Counted from the first letter of the stretch, positions 20,170 through 29,650 are shown. The stretch is DNA of 39,126 nt from an uncultured Acidimicrobiia bacterium (GCA_964347285.1 CAYFYE010000010.1:1-39126); one strand, 5' to 3'. Made by a program: numbers and translations. Notes: generated by a model from the sequence alone, not told the origin.

Positions 20170-20192
20170 ATCTCCCTTCGGATTCGGGAGAC
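20170..20192 (-). promoter_or_regulatory. Hairpin sequestering the glmS Shine-Dalgarno
   Basis: Minus strand GUCUCCC-gaauccgaa-GGGAGAU; the 3' arm is the SD about 7 nt before AUG. Confidence 0.55.
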
Positions 20193-20215
20193 CGGAGAAC
20201 GCCAGGTGATCCTGT

Positions 20216-20354
20216 CCCACGTCGAAGCGGCCTCTGTCTCCGGGGTCGCCCCCGGGTTTTCTTCCGCCCCGTCACGACCGTGAGCAGCCGAGAGGGCATC
20301 CGCCGAGAACCTCGATACTCCCTCTACCTCGTCACCTCAGAGAGGCCGGGCGCT
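20216..20354 (-). ncRNA. glmS ribozyme (GlcN6P-activated self-cleaving riboswitch)
   Basis: Minus strand: A|GCGCC-CG-GCCUC-ucu-GAGGU-GACGAGG-U-AGAGGG-aguAUCGAGguucUCGGCGGAUG-CCCUCU, P3 CGGCU/GGUCG with loop GCUCAC pairing to 3' GUGGG, P4 GGGGCGG/CCGCUUC, AAAA, P4.1 CCGGGG-GCGA-CCCCGG. Directly upstream of glmS. Confidence 0.95.
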
Positions 20355-20421
20355 TGAAGAGCAAGTGTCTCCGGTCGGTTCTTCAGTTGTTCGACAGCGG
20401 CGCCGTTGCGGCACCGAGGCC

Positions 20422-20427
20422 ATGTTA
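20422..20427 (-). promoter_or_regulatory. Candidate -10 box (TAACAT) for the ribozyme-glmS transcript
   Basis: TANNNT overlapping the glmM TAA stop, followed by a GC hairpin GGUGCCG-caa-CGGCGCC. Confidence 0.45.
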
Positions 20428-21774
20428 GAGGGCTTCGCCTCCGCCGGCTGCCGGCCCCAGCTCGGCGAGCACGATGGCGGCCAGATCATCGGCGATCGCC
20501 GCTGCCCGCGGCGACGTGTCGGCTTCCACCATCACCCGGACCAACGGCTCGGTGCCCGAGGCCCGGACTAAGACCCGTCCGTGCTCGCCCAGGTCCTCTT
20601 GGGTGGTACGGACGGCCTCCCAAAGCGAGTCGGCCTCCTCGAGGCCGTGCTTGGAGGCGACCGGGACGTTGCGGAGCACCTGGGGGTACTCGGTCATGAT
20701 CGATCGAAGCTCGGACAAGGGCTTACCCGTCGACGCCAGCACCTCCACCAGGCGCAGCGCAGTCACCAGGCCGTCTCCGGTGGTGCGATCGGCAAAGATC
20801 ACATGGCCGGACTGTTCTCCCCCGAGTGCCAGGCGACGCTCCCGCATGACATCGAGTACGTAGCGGTCTCCCACCGGGGCCTCCACTACCTCGACTTCCA
20901 AATCGGCCATCGCCCTGCGAAAGCCGAGGTTGCTCATCGGAGTGATTACGACCGCATTGCCTTCCAGCTCACCCTTCTCCTTCAAGTGTCGGGCCAGAAT
21001 GGCCATGATCACATCACCGTTGGCCGGCACGCCCTCCTCATCGACGGCCACCAGGCGATCGGCGTCGCCGTCGAAGGCCAAGCCGAGACGCCCTTGGGTT
21101 TGTCGGGCCAGAAAGTGGGGGTGGGTGGCACCGCAATCGAGGTTGATGTTGGTCCCATCTGGTGTGGCCGCCACAGCCTCGACATTGGCCTTGAGTCGGG
21201 TGAACAGCTCGGGTGCGGCCACAAATGCGGCACCGTTGGCACAGTCGACAACCACGTCCAGCCCCCGCAGGGAGTAGGGCATCATCGAGGTCAGATGATC
21301 CAGGTACCGGGCCAGCCCCTCGGACATCACGCGTTCCATCCCGATCATTCCCCCGGTCGGCCCCTGCCACGGAGGGCCTTGGCGGAGCCGGGCTTCGATC
21401 TGGTCCTCGAGCTCGTCGGATAGCTTGGCGCCGTCGGCGCCGAAGAACTTGATCCCGTTGTCCTCAGCCGGATTGTGAGAGGCGCTGATGACGGCGCCGT
21501 AAGAGGCATCGGTAGTCCGAGTCAGGTACGACACGGCCCCGGCCGGAAGGATGCCGGCGTCCACGGTGTCCACCCCCACCGATTGAAAGCCGGCCCGGAG
21601 TGCGGCTCCCAACATTGGGCCGGAGCGCCGGGTGTCGCGGCCGACCAGCACCGATCCGCTCAGTTCCTCGCCGGCGGCCCGGGCCAAGTCCAAGGCGAAA
21701 TCGGCGGTGAGATCGACGTTGGCCCGTCCCCGCACACCGTCGGTGCCGAACAGGCGTTGTCCCTCGATCAGCAC
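20425..21774 (-). CDS. glmM: Phosphoglucosamine mutase
   Basis: LFGTDGVRG, ISASHNP (phosphoserine), FDGDADR, GGEQSGH, VRASGTEPLVRVMVE. Start approximate. Confidence 0.97.
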   Translation of the reverse strand: MLIEGQRLFGTDGVRGRANVDLTADFALDLARAAGEELSGSVLVGRDTRRSGPMLGAALRAGFQSVGVDTVDAGILPAGAVSYLTRTTDASYGAVISASHNPAEDNGIKFFGADGAKLSDELEDQIEARLRQGPPWQGPTGGMIGMERVMSEGLARYLDHLTSMMPYSLRGLDVVVDCANGAAFVAAPELFTRLKANVEAVAATPDGTNINLDCGATHPHFLARQTQGRLGLAFDGDADRLVAVDEEGVPANGDVIMAILARHLKEKGELEGNAVVITPMSNLGFRRAMADLEVEVVEAPVGDRYVLDVMRERRLALGGEQSGHVIFADRTTGDGLVTALRLVEVLASTGKPLSELRSIMTEYPQVLRNVPVASKHGLEEADSLWEAVRTTQEDLGEHGRVLVRASGTEPLVRVMVEADTSPRAAAIADDLAAIVLAELGPAAGGGEAL

Positions 21775-21784
21775 GGCTTGGGTG

Positions 21785-22180
21785 TCAGCGTTTCGTGTAC
21801 TGCGGAGCCCGCCGTGCCTTGCGCAGTCCGTACTTTTTCCGTTCCACCACCCGGGCATCGCGCGTGAGGAACCCGCCCTTCTTGAGCGTCGTCCTCAGCT
21901 CCGAGTCCAGCTCGACGAGGGCTCGGGCGATCCCGAGGCGAAGAGCATCGGCCTGGCCGGTCTTGCCGCCCCCCTCGAGCTTGGCGTGCACGTCGTAGCG
22001 CCCTTCGTAGCCCACCGAGCGAATGGGCTCCAGGATCCGAATGCGCTGGGCCATGGAGGGGAAGTAGTTCTCGAGGGACCGGCCGTTGAGGCTGAAGGTG
22101 CCGGCCCCCTCATAGAGGCGGACCCGTGCCACCGACGTCTTGCGCCGGCCGGTGGCGACCGCGGCAGGAGGCGCCCCCAT
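21785..22180 (-). CDS. rpsI: 30S ribosomal protein S9
   Basis: [33 protein letters not shown]. Confidence 0.98.
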   Translation of the reverse strand: MGAPPAAVATGRRKTSVARVRLYEGAGTFSLNGRSLENYFPSMAQRIRILEPIRSVGYEGRYDVHAKLEGGGKTGQADALRLGIARALVELDSELRTTLKKGGFLTRDARVVERKKYGLRKARRAPQYTKR

Positions 22181-22638
22181 CAGGACTCCACCTTCCTCAG
22201 CCCCAGCTGGCGAGGCTGGGGATTCTGCGATTGATGGGGGTGCTCGGCGCCGGCGTACACCTTCAGTTTGCCGATCATCTTTCGGCCCAGCCGGTTCTTG
22301 GGGAGCATGCCCCGCACGGCCCGCTCGACCATTAGCTCGGGTCGGCGGGCCCGCACCTGGCTCAGCGTCTCCGAGCGCAGCCCGCCCGGATAGCCGGAGT
22401 GGTGGAAGTAGCGCTTCACCGATTCCTTTCGGCCGGTGACCGCAACTTGAGCGGCATTGATCACGACCACGAAATCGCCGACGTCGACATGAGGGGCAAA
22501 GGTCGGCTTGTGCTTGCCCATGAGCAGGCGCGTGGCCTCAGAGGCGAGCCGGCCCAGGGGGAGCCCGGCGGCATCGATGAGCCACCAGTCTCGCCGGACC
22601 TCGCCGGGTCGGGGCGAGTACGTCTTCTGCCTCTTCAT
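22180..22638 (-). CDS. rplM: 50S ribosomal protein L13
   Basis: [44 protein letters not shown]. Confidence 0.98.
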   Translation of the reverse strand: MKRQKTYSPRPGEVRRDWWLIDAAGLPLGRLASEATRLLMGKHKPTFAPHVDVGDFVVVINAAQVAVTGRKESVKRYFHHSGYPGGLRSETLSQVRARRPELMVERAVRGMLPKNRLGRKMIGKLKVYAGAEHPHQSQNPQPRQLGLRKVES

Positions 22639-22680
22639 GACGAGAGAACGCCCGCAGGGATCGCGAGCGGCCACATAGTA
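22639..22680 (-). promoter_or_regulatory. rplM-rpsI promoter (-10 TACTAT) and hairpin leader without SD
   Basis: TACTAT at 22675-22680; stem CGCUCGCG/UGCGGGCG at 22649-22669; UUCUCUCGUC then AUG. Confidence 0.55.
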
Positions 22681-22830
22681 GCCGGGCTGCGGCCCATGCC
22701 TCCACCCCGACGAGCCGACGGCACGATGGCGACCGCGGTCAACTCTCGCTGACGTCCGGGGGCCCGCCCGCATGGCGAACCATCGAAAGAACGCCCGCCG
22801 CCCACTCTCGAAGCGTTGGTAAACCGGCGG

Positions 22831-23568
22831 TCAGTACTCGACCGACCACAGGAACAGCCCGTGAGGCGGAGCCGCCCCGTGGGCAGCGTCGCGATCGCGA
22901 GCCTCCAGAATGGCCGGGACCTCGGCCGGATCGAGCCGGCCCCCGCCGGCGGCCGCGCAGGTAGCGACGATCGAGCGCACCATCTGGTGGCAGAAGGCAT
23001 GGGCGGTGATCTCGAAGATCAGCAACTCGTCCTCCGGATCCCAGCGAGCGGACGACACCTCGCGCTGGGTGTCCTGGTCGGGGCCGGCCCGACAGAACGA
23101 GGCGAAGTCATGGGATCCGACCATGTGGCCGGCGGCGGCCCCCATAGCGCTCGATGAAAGGGGCTCGGCCACGTGCCAAGAGGTGGGACTCAGGAACGGA
23201 TCGGCCAGCGGGGCATTGAGGATCCGGTACCGGTAGGTCCGGGAACGAGCCCACCTCCGGGCATCGAAGCCGGGAGGGGCTTCTGCCAGCCGACGGACGA
23301 CCACCTCGGGGCTCAGGATCGAGTTGAGCGACCTGTGCAGCCGATCGGCGTCGACCGCCTGGGGCAGGTCCAGGCTCACCACCTGGCCGCGGGCATGCAC
23401 GCCGGCATCGGTTCTGCCGGCCACTCTGGTGGCCGGGGACCGGCGCAGGCCCAGGATGCGCATCAGCGCTCCCTCCAGCTCACCCTGAACGGTGCGGACG
23501 TCCGGCTGGCGAGCGTAGCCGTGGAACCCGGAGCCGTCGTAAGCGAGGTCCAGTCGGTAGACGGGCAC
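22831..23568 (-). CDS. truA: tRNA pseudouridine(38-40) synthase
   Basis: AYDGSGFHG, AGRTDAGVHARGQV, GSHDFASF, FCHQMVR, APPHGLFL. Confidence 0.97.
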   Translation of the reverse strand: MPVYRLDLAYDGSGFHGYARQPDVRTVQGELEGALMRILGLRRSPATRVAGRTDAGVHARGQVVSLDLPQAVDADRLHRSLNSILSPEVVVRRLAEAPPGFDARRWARSRTYRYRILNAPLADPFLSPTSWHVAEPLSSSAMGAAAGHMVGSHDFASFCRAGPDQDTQREVSSARWDPEDELLIFEITAHAFCHQMVRSIVATCAAAGGGRLDPAEVPAILEARDRDAAHGAAPPHGLFLWSVEY

Positions 23569-23572
23569 GATC

Positions 23573-24082
23573 TCAGACGGCGCGGAAGAGGAGCCCGATG
23601 ATGAGCCAGCCGGCGAAGCCTAGGGCGGCCGCCGCCCAGGCCCGTTCCCAGACCAAACCGGTCAGAACGCGGACTCCGGCCGCGATCACCGCCAGGAACC
23701 AGATGCTCCCCAGGACCAGGCCCCATTCTTCGGCCACGAGCCGGTTGGTGACCAGACGCAGCAGCCAGGCCGGAAACGCAAACCCGGCCACCCGCAGCAC
23801 GTCGGCATAGGGAGTGTCCGCCCTGAAGACGAAACGGATCGCCGCCCAGGTGGTCGCGGCGATGATCAACCAGCCGATCAACCAGTCCAGGAGGACCTGG
23901 AGAACGAATTCCAGGTTGAACGACTCGAAGCCGCCCTCGACGACGAGGAATACCAGCGCCGAGCCCACCACCACCACCAGAGCGTCTCCGGTCGCCTCCG
24001 AGTTGAGCGACATCCACACGAACGGCTCGCGCCGCAGCGTCAGCGACCGGTAGACGCGGCGTAGCGTGGCGGCGAAGTCCAT
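23573..24082 (-). CDS. Yip1-like membrane protein
   Basis: About five hydrophobic segments and a Y..VLRVAGFAFP motif. Start ATG 24082 lies 7 nt after TAACCT. Confidence 0.6.
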   Translation of the reverse strand: MDFAATLRRVYRSLTLRREPFVWMSLNSEATGDALVVVVGSALVFLVVEGGFESFNLEFVLQVLLDWLIGWLIIAATTWAAIRFVFRADTPYADVLRVAGFAFPAWLLRLVTNRLVAEEWGLVLGSIWFLAVIAAGVRVLTGLVWERAWAAAALGFAGWLIIGLLFRAV

Positions 24083-24167
24083 CAGCGGCAGGTTAGATGC
24101 CGGATCGGCCCCGCTCGAAGAGGTACGGCCGGGCCGGGAAACGCGCATGGCTATCGTTGCCGGGCTC

Positions 24168-25094
24168 ATGGACGACACCCTCGTTTTTGCCCGCGATCTC
24201 ACCAAGCGCTTCGACGGCCTGGTTGCAGTCGACGGCATCGACTTCGAAGTGCGGCGGGGAGAGGCCTTCGGCTTCCTGGGGCCCAACGGGGCCGGCAAGA
24301 GCTCGACGATGCGAATGATCGGCGCGGTCTCACCGGTGACGTCGGGGACACTCACCGTGCTCGGGCTGGATCCGGGCCGGGACGGACCGGCCATCAGGGC
24401 CCGCCTCGGCGTCGTTCCCCAAGAAAGCAACCTCGACCTCGAGCTCCCGGTGGAAGAAAACCTCATCGTCTATGGGCGCTACTTCAACCTCCCCCGCGAG
24501 GTCATTCGGACCCGCATCGACGAGTTGCTCGATTTCGCCCAGCTCAGCGAACGCCGCACAGACAAGGTGGACAACCTCTCGGGGGGCATGAAGCGACGCC
24601 TCATCGTGGCCCGGGCCTTGATCAACGAGCCCGAGCTGGTGATCCTCGACGAGCCCACCACCGGCCTCGATCCCCAGGCTCGTCACGCCCTGTGGGACCG
24701 CCTGTACCGGCTCAAGAAGAGCGGGGCGACATTGATCATCACGACCCACTACATGGACGAGGCCGAGCAGCTCTGCGACCGGTTGGTGGTGATGGACAAA
24801 GGCAAGATCGCCGCCGAGGGCTCGCCGCTCGATCTCATCGCTCGCTACTCCACCCGCGAGGTGGTCGAGCTCCGGTTTCCGGTGGGCGAGCAGGACCGGG
24901 CGATCGATCGACTGGACGGGCTGGCGCGCCGGACCGAGGTGCTCCCCGACCGGGTCCTCCTGTATACCGACGATGGGGACCACGCCGCCCAGAACGTGCA
25001 CGAGCGGGGCCTGTTCCCGGATCAGATCGTGGTGCGGAGGAGCACGCTCGAAGACGTGTTCCTGCGGCTCACCGGCCGGATGCTGATCGACTGA
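24168..25094 (+). CDS. ABC exporter ATP-binding subunit (NodI/DrrA-like)
   Basis: GPNGAGKS, LSGGMKRRL, ILDEPTTGLDP, TTHYMDEAE. Confidence 0.93.
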   Translation: MDDTLVFARDLTKRFDGLVAVDGIDFEVRRGEAFGFLGPNGAGKSSTMRMIGAVSPVTSGTLTVLGLDPGRDGPAIRARLGVVPQESNLDLELPVEENLIVYGRYFNLPREVIRTRIDELLDFAQLSERRTDKVDNLSGGMKRRLIVARALINEPELVILDEPTTGLDPQARHALWDRLYRLKKSGATLIITTHYMDEAEQLCDRLVVMDKGKIAAEGSPLDLIARYSTREVVELRFPVGEQDRAIDRLDGLARRTEVLPDRVLLYTDDGDHAAQNVHERGLFPDQIVVRRSTLEDVFLRLTGRMLID

Positions 25095-25873
25095 TGGCCG
25101 AATCGCGCCCTCTCCGCTACCTCGAGTCACGGGCCCGGGTCTATCGCCACACCTGGCGGGGCAGCGTCATCACCACGTTCCTCAATCCGGTCCTGTATCT
25201 GGCCGCCATGGGCCTCGGGCTGGGAACGCTTGTCGACCAGGGAGCCGGGCCGGCAACGCTCGACCGGTTCACCTACCTCGAGTTCCTGGCTCCCGGGTTG
25301 CTGGCCGCCACCGCCATGCAGACCGGCGCCGGGGACTCCTCGTTTCCGGTGATGGCCGGCATCAAGTGGGTACGCAGCTATGAGGCGGCCCTGGCCACCC
25401 CCATCGGCGTGCGCGACCTGACGCTGGGACATCTCGGCTGGGTGACCGCCCGCTTGACGTTCAGCTCGGCGGTGTTCGTGGTGATCATGGCACTCTTCGG
25501 GGCGGTGGATCCGGGGCGGGGCCTGGCCTCGATCGCCCCCGCCGTGCTCACCGGCATGGCCTTCGCCGCGCCGGTCATGGCGTTCACGGCCACCCTGGAC
25601 GGGGCCCAGGGCATCTCGGGAATGTTCCGCTTCGCCGTCATCCCCATGTTTCTGTTCTCAGGTACCTTCTTCCCCGTGGAGCAGCTTCCCGGGTGGATGC
25701 AGCCGATCGCTTACGCCACCCCGCTGTGGAGCGGAGTCGAGCTCACCCGGGGAGTGGCCCTGGAACAGGCAACGGCCTGGCATCCCGTGGCTCACGTTGG
25801 CTACCTGGCCGCGTTCACGCTCGTCGGAACGATCCTGGCTGTGGTTCTGCTGAGAAAGAGACTGGAGCTGTGA
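25094..25873 (+). CDS. ABC-2 type permease (NodJ-like)
   Basis: NPVLYL, YLEFLAPGLLA, PMFLFSGTFFPVEQLP; TGATG coupling to the ATPase. Confidence 0.9.
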   Translation: MAESRPLRYLESRARVYRHTWRGSVITTFLNPVLYLAAMGLGLGTLVDQGAGPATLDRFTYLEFLAPGLLAATAMQTGAGDSSFPVMAGIKWVRSYEAALATPIGVRDLTLGHLGWVTARLTFSSAVFVVIMALFGAVDPGRGLASIAPAVLTGMAFAAPVMAFTATLDGAQGISGMFRFAVIPMFLFSGTFFPVEQLPGWMQPIAYATPLWSGVELTRGVALEQATAWHPVAHVGYLAAFTLVGTILAVVLLRKRLEL

Positions 25874-26679
25874 GCTCCGCCACGCTGACCCCCCGGGTCC
25901 TTCCCCGGCTGCGGGTGCGGGGCCGGCATTCCCTGCACCTGCTCGAGCGCAACCTGCGGGTCTACCGCCAGCTCTGGCTGATCGTCTTCAGCGGGTTCTT
26001 CGAACCGATCTTCTACCTGTTCTCGATCAGCGTTGGGATCGAGAAGCTGGTCGGCGACGTCTCGTACGACGGCACTCTCATTTCCTACGCCGCCTTCGCC
26101 GCCCCGGCGCTGCTGGCCGCCTCGGCGATGAACGGGGCCGTCCTGGAGTCGACGATGAACATCTTCTTCAAGCTGCGATACGAGAAGGTCTACGACGCCA
26201 TGCTGGCCACGCCGTTGAGTCCCGGCGACATCGCCGTGGGCGAGATCGGATGGTCGCTCATCCGGGGCGGCCTGTATTCCGCCGCGTTCGTCGTGGTGAT
26301 GGCGGCCATGGGGCTGGTCCTGTCTCCGTGGGGATGGCTGGCGCTGCCGGCGGCCCTGCTGATTGCGTTTGCCTTCGCTGCGGTGGGCATGGCGGCGACG
26401 ACGTTCATGCGCAGCTGGCAGGACCTCGATCTGGTGACGCTGGCCACCCTTCCCCTCTTCCTGTTCTCAGCGACGTTCTATCCGATCAGCGTCTATCCGG
26501 ACTGGCTGGGGGTGATCGCCAGGTTCTCGCCGCTCTATCACGGCGTGGAGCTCATCCGGTCGCTGACGCTCGGAGTCTTCGACTGGACGTTGGTGGGGCA
26601 CGTCGGTTTCCTCGCCGGCATGGGGCTCATTGGACTTTCGATCGCCGAGCGTCGCATTGGGGCGCTGCTACTCAAGTAA
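25870..26679 (+). CDS. ABC-2 type permease (NodJ-like), second subunit
   Basis: SGFFEPIFYL, YDAMLATPL, PLFLFSATFYP, PLYHGVELIR; GTGA overlap. Confidence 0.9.
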   Translation: MSSATLTPRVLPRLRVRGRHSLHLLERNLRVYRQLWLIVFSGFFEPIFYLFSISVGIEKLVGDVSYDGTLISYAAFAAPALLAASAMNGAVLESTMNIFFKLRYEKVYDAMLATPLSPGDIAVGEIGWSLIRGGLYSAAFVVVMAAMGLVLSPWGWLALPAALLIAFAFAAVGMAATTFMRSWQDLDLVTLATLPLFLFSATFYPISVYPDWLGVIARFSPLYHGVELIRSLTLGVFDWTLVGHVGFLAGMGLIGLSIAERRIGALLLK

Positions 26680-26735
26680 CGGCTTCGAGTTGCTCCAACG
26701 CAGCCCCGAGCGGCGGCCGTCTCTTCAAGCCCTCC

Positions 26736-27086
26736 TCAGACCAGCTCCATGACCGCCAGCTCGGCATTGTCGCCCCGACGTGGCCCTACTCTGACGATGC
26801 GGGTGTAGCCGCCGGGCCGATCGGCGTACCGGGGAGCCACGTCGTCGAAGAGCTTGGTGACGATTTCGGTGTCGGTGATGTCACGCAGGATCTGGCGCCG
26901 AGCATGCAAATCCCCGCGCTGAGCCTTGGTGATCAGCTTCTCGACGTAGGGCCGCAACACCTTGGCCTTGGTCACCGTAGTCACGATGCGCTCCTCTTCG
27001 ATGAGTGCGCCGGCCAAGTTGGCCAGCATCAGTCGCTGATGAGCCGGGCCGGAGCCGAGGCGGGGCCCCTTGCGAGGCCGAGGCAC
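26736..27086 (-). CDS. rplQ: 50S ribosomal protein L17
   Basis: [25 protein letters not shown]. Confidence 0.98.
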   Translation of the reverse strand: MPRPRKGPRLGSGPAHQRLMLANLAGALIEEERIVTTVTKAKVLRPYVEKLITKAQRGDLHARRQILRDITDTEIVTKLFDDVAPRYADRPGGYTRIVRVGPRRGDNAELAVMELV

Positions 27087-28033
27087 TAGTCCTCCTCCTC
27101 GTCCCGGGCGGCCCGCAGGGAGAGACCGAGATCATCGAGCTTGGCGACGACCTCTTCCAAGCTCTTCTGACCGAAGTTGGTGATGTTGAGCAGATCTTCC
27201 TCGGTGCGTTGCACCAGCTCGCCCACGGTCTGGACCTGGGCCCGGCGCAGACAATTGCGGGGCCGTTCGGAGAGGTCGAGCGCTTCGATCGGCAGATCGA
27301 GATCGGGTGATCCCGACTCCGCCTCCACGATGTCGCCCAGCTCGAGGCCGACGCCCTCTCCGAAATCGGCGAAGAGGCCCAACAGTTCACGGAGGGTCTT
27401 GCCGGAAGACGAGATGGCCTCGCGAGGGGACACGGACCCATCGGTCTCCACGTCGACGATGAGCCGATCGAAATCGGTCATCTGGCCCACCTGGGTGTTC
27501 TCGACCTCGTAGGCCACCTTTCGCACCGGTGAAAAGATGGAGTCGACGGGAATGACACCGATGACATCGCCCTGTTTGTTCTTGTCGGCGGTGCGGTAGC
27601 CGACTCCCCGCTCGGCGGTGATCTCCATCTCCAGCTTGCCGGAGGAAGAAAGGGTGGCCAGGTGGAGATCGGGATTGATGACCTCCACTCCCGCCGGCAA
27701 CTCCAGGTCGGCCGCCGTGACCTCTCCCTTCCTGTGGGCGGAGAGGTGCAAGGTCTGCGGCTCGTCGGTGTCGAGACGCAACACGAGCTGCTTGAGATTC
27801 AGGATGATGTCGACCACGTCTTCCACGACGCCGGTAACCGTCGTGAACTCGTGCTGCACACCGTCGATACGAATGGACGTCACCGCCGCACCGGGGATCC
27901 TCGATAGCAGCGTTCGGCGCAGGGTGTTCCCCAGCGTCTGTCCGAAGCCTGGCTCGAGCGGTTCGACGATGAACCGGCTCCGGATCGGGCTGAGTGGCTC
28001 TTCTTCGATTTGCGGACGTTGAACGATCAGCAT
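27086..28033 (-). CDS. rpoA: RNA polymerase alpha subunit
   Basis: [40 protein letters not shown]. Start ATG 28033. Confidence 0.99.
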   Translation of the reverse strand: MLIVQRPQIEEEPLSPIRSRFIVEPLEPGFGQTLGNTLRRTLLSRIPGAAVTSIRIDGVQHEFTTVTGVVEDVVDIILNLKQLVLRLDTDEPQTLHLSAHRKGEVTAADLELPAGVEVINPDLHLATLSSSGKLEMEITAERGVGYRTADKNKQGDVIGVIPVDSIFSPVRKVAYEVENTQVGQMTDFDRLIVDVETDGSVSPREAISSSGKTLRELLGLFADFGEGVGLELGDIVEAESGSPDLDLPIEALDLSERPRNCLRRAQVQTVGELVQRTEEDLLNITNFGQKSLEEVVAKLDDLGLSLRAARDEEED

Positions 28034-28043
28034 TGCCTCACCC

Positions 28044-28670
28044 CTACTTCGAATACAGCTCGACGATGAGCGTCTCTTGGACCGGAACGTCGATCTGCTC
28101 GCGGCTGGGCAGATCGGCGATCGTGATCTTGCGGGAATCCACCTCGACATCGAGCCATTCGGGCACCATTCGATCGGTGGTGGTGTCGAGCGCGTGCTGC
28201 ACCGGGAACAGGTCGCGGGCCTTCTCGTTGAGCGTCACCACATCACCCGCCCGGATTCGGTAGGAGGGGACGTCCACCTTGCGGCCGTTGACGCGGAAGT
28301 GTCCGTGACTGACCAGTTGCCTGGCCTGGGCTCGCGACGCGGCCATCCGGGCCCGGTATACCACGTTGTCGAGACGGCTCTCCAGGATCTGAAGCAGGCG
28401 AACACCGGTCACCCCCCGAGCCTGGGCGGCCTCCCGATAGTACTTGCGAAATTGTTTCTCGAGTACGCCGTAGATGCGCCGGGCCTTCTGTTTCTCCCTG
28501 AGCTGGATGAGGTACTGAGTCTCCCGCAGCCGGCCCCGCCCGTGCTCTCCGGGTGGATAGGGCCGCTTGTCCACGGAGCACTTCGAGGAGCCGCACCGGG
28601 CACCCTTCAGGTAGAGCTTCTGCCGCTCCCTACGGCACAGCTTGCACACCGATCCCGTGTAGCGAGCCAT
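28044..28670 (-). CDS. rpsD: 30S ribosomal protein S4 (Zn-binding form)
   Basis: [33 protein letters not shown]. Confidence 0.98.
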   Translation of the reverse strand: MARYTGSVCKLCRRERQKLYLKGARCGSSKCSVDKRPYPPGEHGRGRLRETQYLIQLREKQKARRIYGVLEKQFRKYYREAAQARGVTGVRLLQILESRLDNVVYRARMAASRAQARQLVSHGHFRVNGRKVDVPSYRIRAGDVVTLNEKARDLFPVQHALDTTTDRMVPEWLDVEVDSRKITIADLPSREQIDVPVQETLIVELYSK

Positions 28671-29266
28671 CAGCCTCTCCGCCGTTTCTTGGGCCGACAC
28701 CCGTTGTGGGGAATGGGGGTGACGTCGGTGATTCCGGTGATCTCCATACCCATGGTCTGCAGAGTCCGCACCGCCGTCTCCCGCCCCGACCCCGACCCGC
28801 GCACGATCACGTCGAGCTTGCGGATGCCGAACTCGCCCGCCTTGCGGGCAGCCTGCTCGGCGGCCACCTGGGCCGCGTACGGCGTTGACTTTCTGGACCC
28901 TTTGAAGCCCACCGAACCACCCGAGGTCCATGCCAGCGAATTGCCCTCGAGGTCGGTGATGTTGATGATCGTGTTGTTGAAGCTGGCCCGGATGTGCGCC
29001 TGGCCGTGTTGGAGAACGCGTCGTCCTCGCCGCATCGTGGGCTGGGGCTCCCCAATGACTGCTTCGGCCTCGACGGCCGCAGGAGCGGCACCCTCCGGCT
29101 CGGCAGCCTCGGCATCGGCCTCGGCGACGGCGGTGGCGGCCGACTCCTCGGAGGCTTCGGGAACCTGCGGCTCCGCGGTTTGAGGGGCGCCCTCCGGAGG
29201 CGCTTCGGCGGCCGCCGGCTGCTCTTCGGAGACCTGATCCTCGGGGAGAGTGGTGTCGTCGGTCAT
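28670..29266 (-). CDS. rpsK: 30S ribosomal protein S11 with long acidic N-terminal extension
   Basis: [36 protein letters not shown]. Alternative start ATG 29035. Confidence 0.95.
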   Translation of the reverse strand: MTDDTTLPEDQVSEEQPAAAEAPPEGAPQTAEPQVPEASEESAATAVAEADAEAAEPEGAAPAAVEAEAVIGEPQPTMRRGRRVLQHGQAHIRASFNNTIINITDLEGNSLAWTSGGSVGFKGSRKSTPYAAQVAAEQAARKAGEFGIRKLDVIVRGSGSGRETAVRTLQTMGMEITGITDVTPIPHNGCRPKKRRRG

Positions 29267-29269
29267 GCG

Positions 29270-29650
29270 CTACTTCTTGGTGACTTTCTTCGAGCCGGCC
29301 ACCGCACGGCGGGGACCCTTGCGCTGGCGGGCGTTGGTGTGGGTGCGCTGGCCCCGCACCGGCAGACCGCGCCGGTGCCGAATGCCCTGGTAGCTACCGA
29401 TCTCGACCTTGCGCTTGATGTTCTGGGTCACCTCACGGCGGAGATCGCCCTCGACCTGGAAGTTGGAGTCGATGAAGTTTCGGATCTTCACGATGTCATC
29501 GTCGGTGAGATCGCGGACCCGGACGTCTGGGTTCACCCCGGTGTGTTCCAGGATGAGATTCGACAGCGACCGGCCGATCCCGTAGATGTAGGTCAGCCCT
29601 ACCTCCACCCGTTTCTCCCTGGGGAGATCGACTCCCGATATGCGTGCCAT
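29270..29650 (-). CDS. rpsM: 30S ribosomal protein S13
   Basis: [24 protein letters not shown]. Confidence 0.98.
   Translation of the reverse strand: MARISGVDLPREKRVEVGLTYIYGIGRSLSNLILEHTGVNPDVRVRDLTDDDIVKIRNFIDSNFQVEGDLRREVTQNIKRKVEIGSYQGIRHRRGLPVRGQRTHTNARQRKGPRRAVAGSKKVTKK

Noticed and set aside
20164..20220. 19-aa N-terminal extension of GlmS in the ORF track
   Set aside because: GlmS needs Cys at position 1 after Met removal; this stretch is the ribozyme 3' end and the SD region.
24168..26679. NodI/NodJ similarity as evidence of nodulation genes
   Set aside because: This exporter subfamily is widespread in actinobacteria and no nodABC genes are present.
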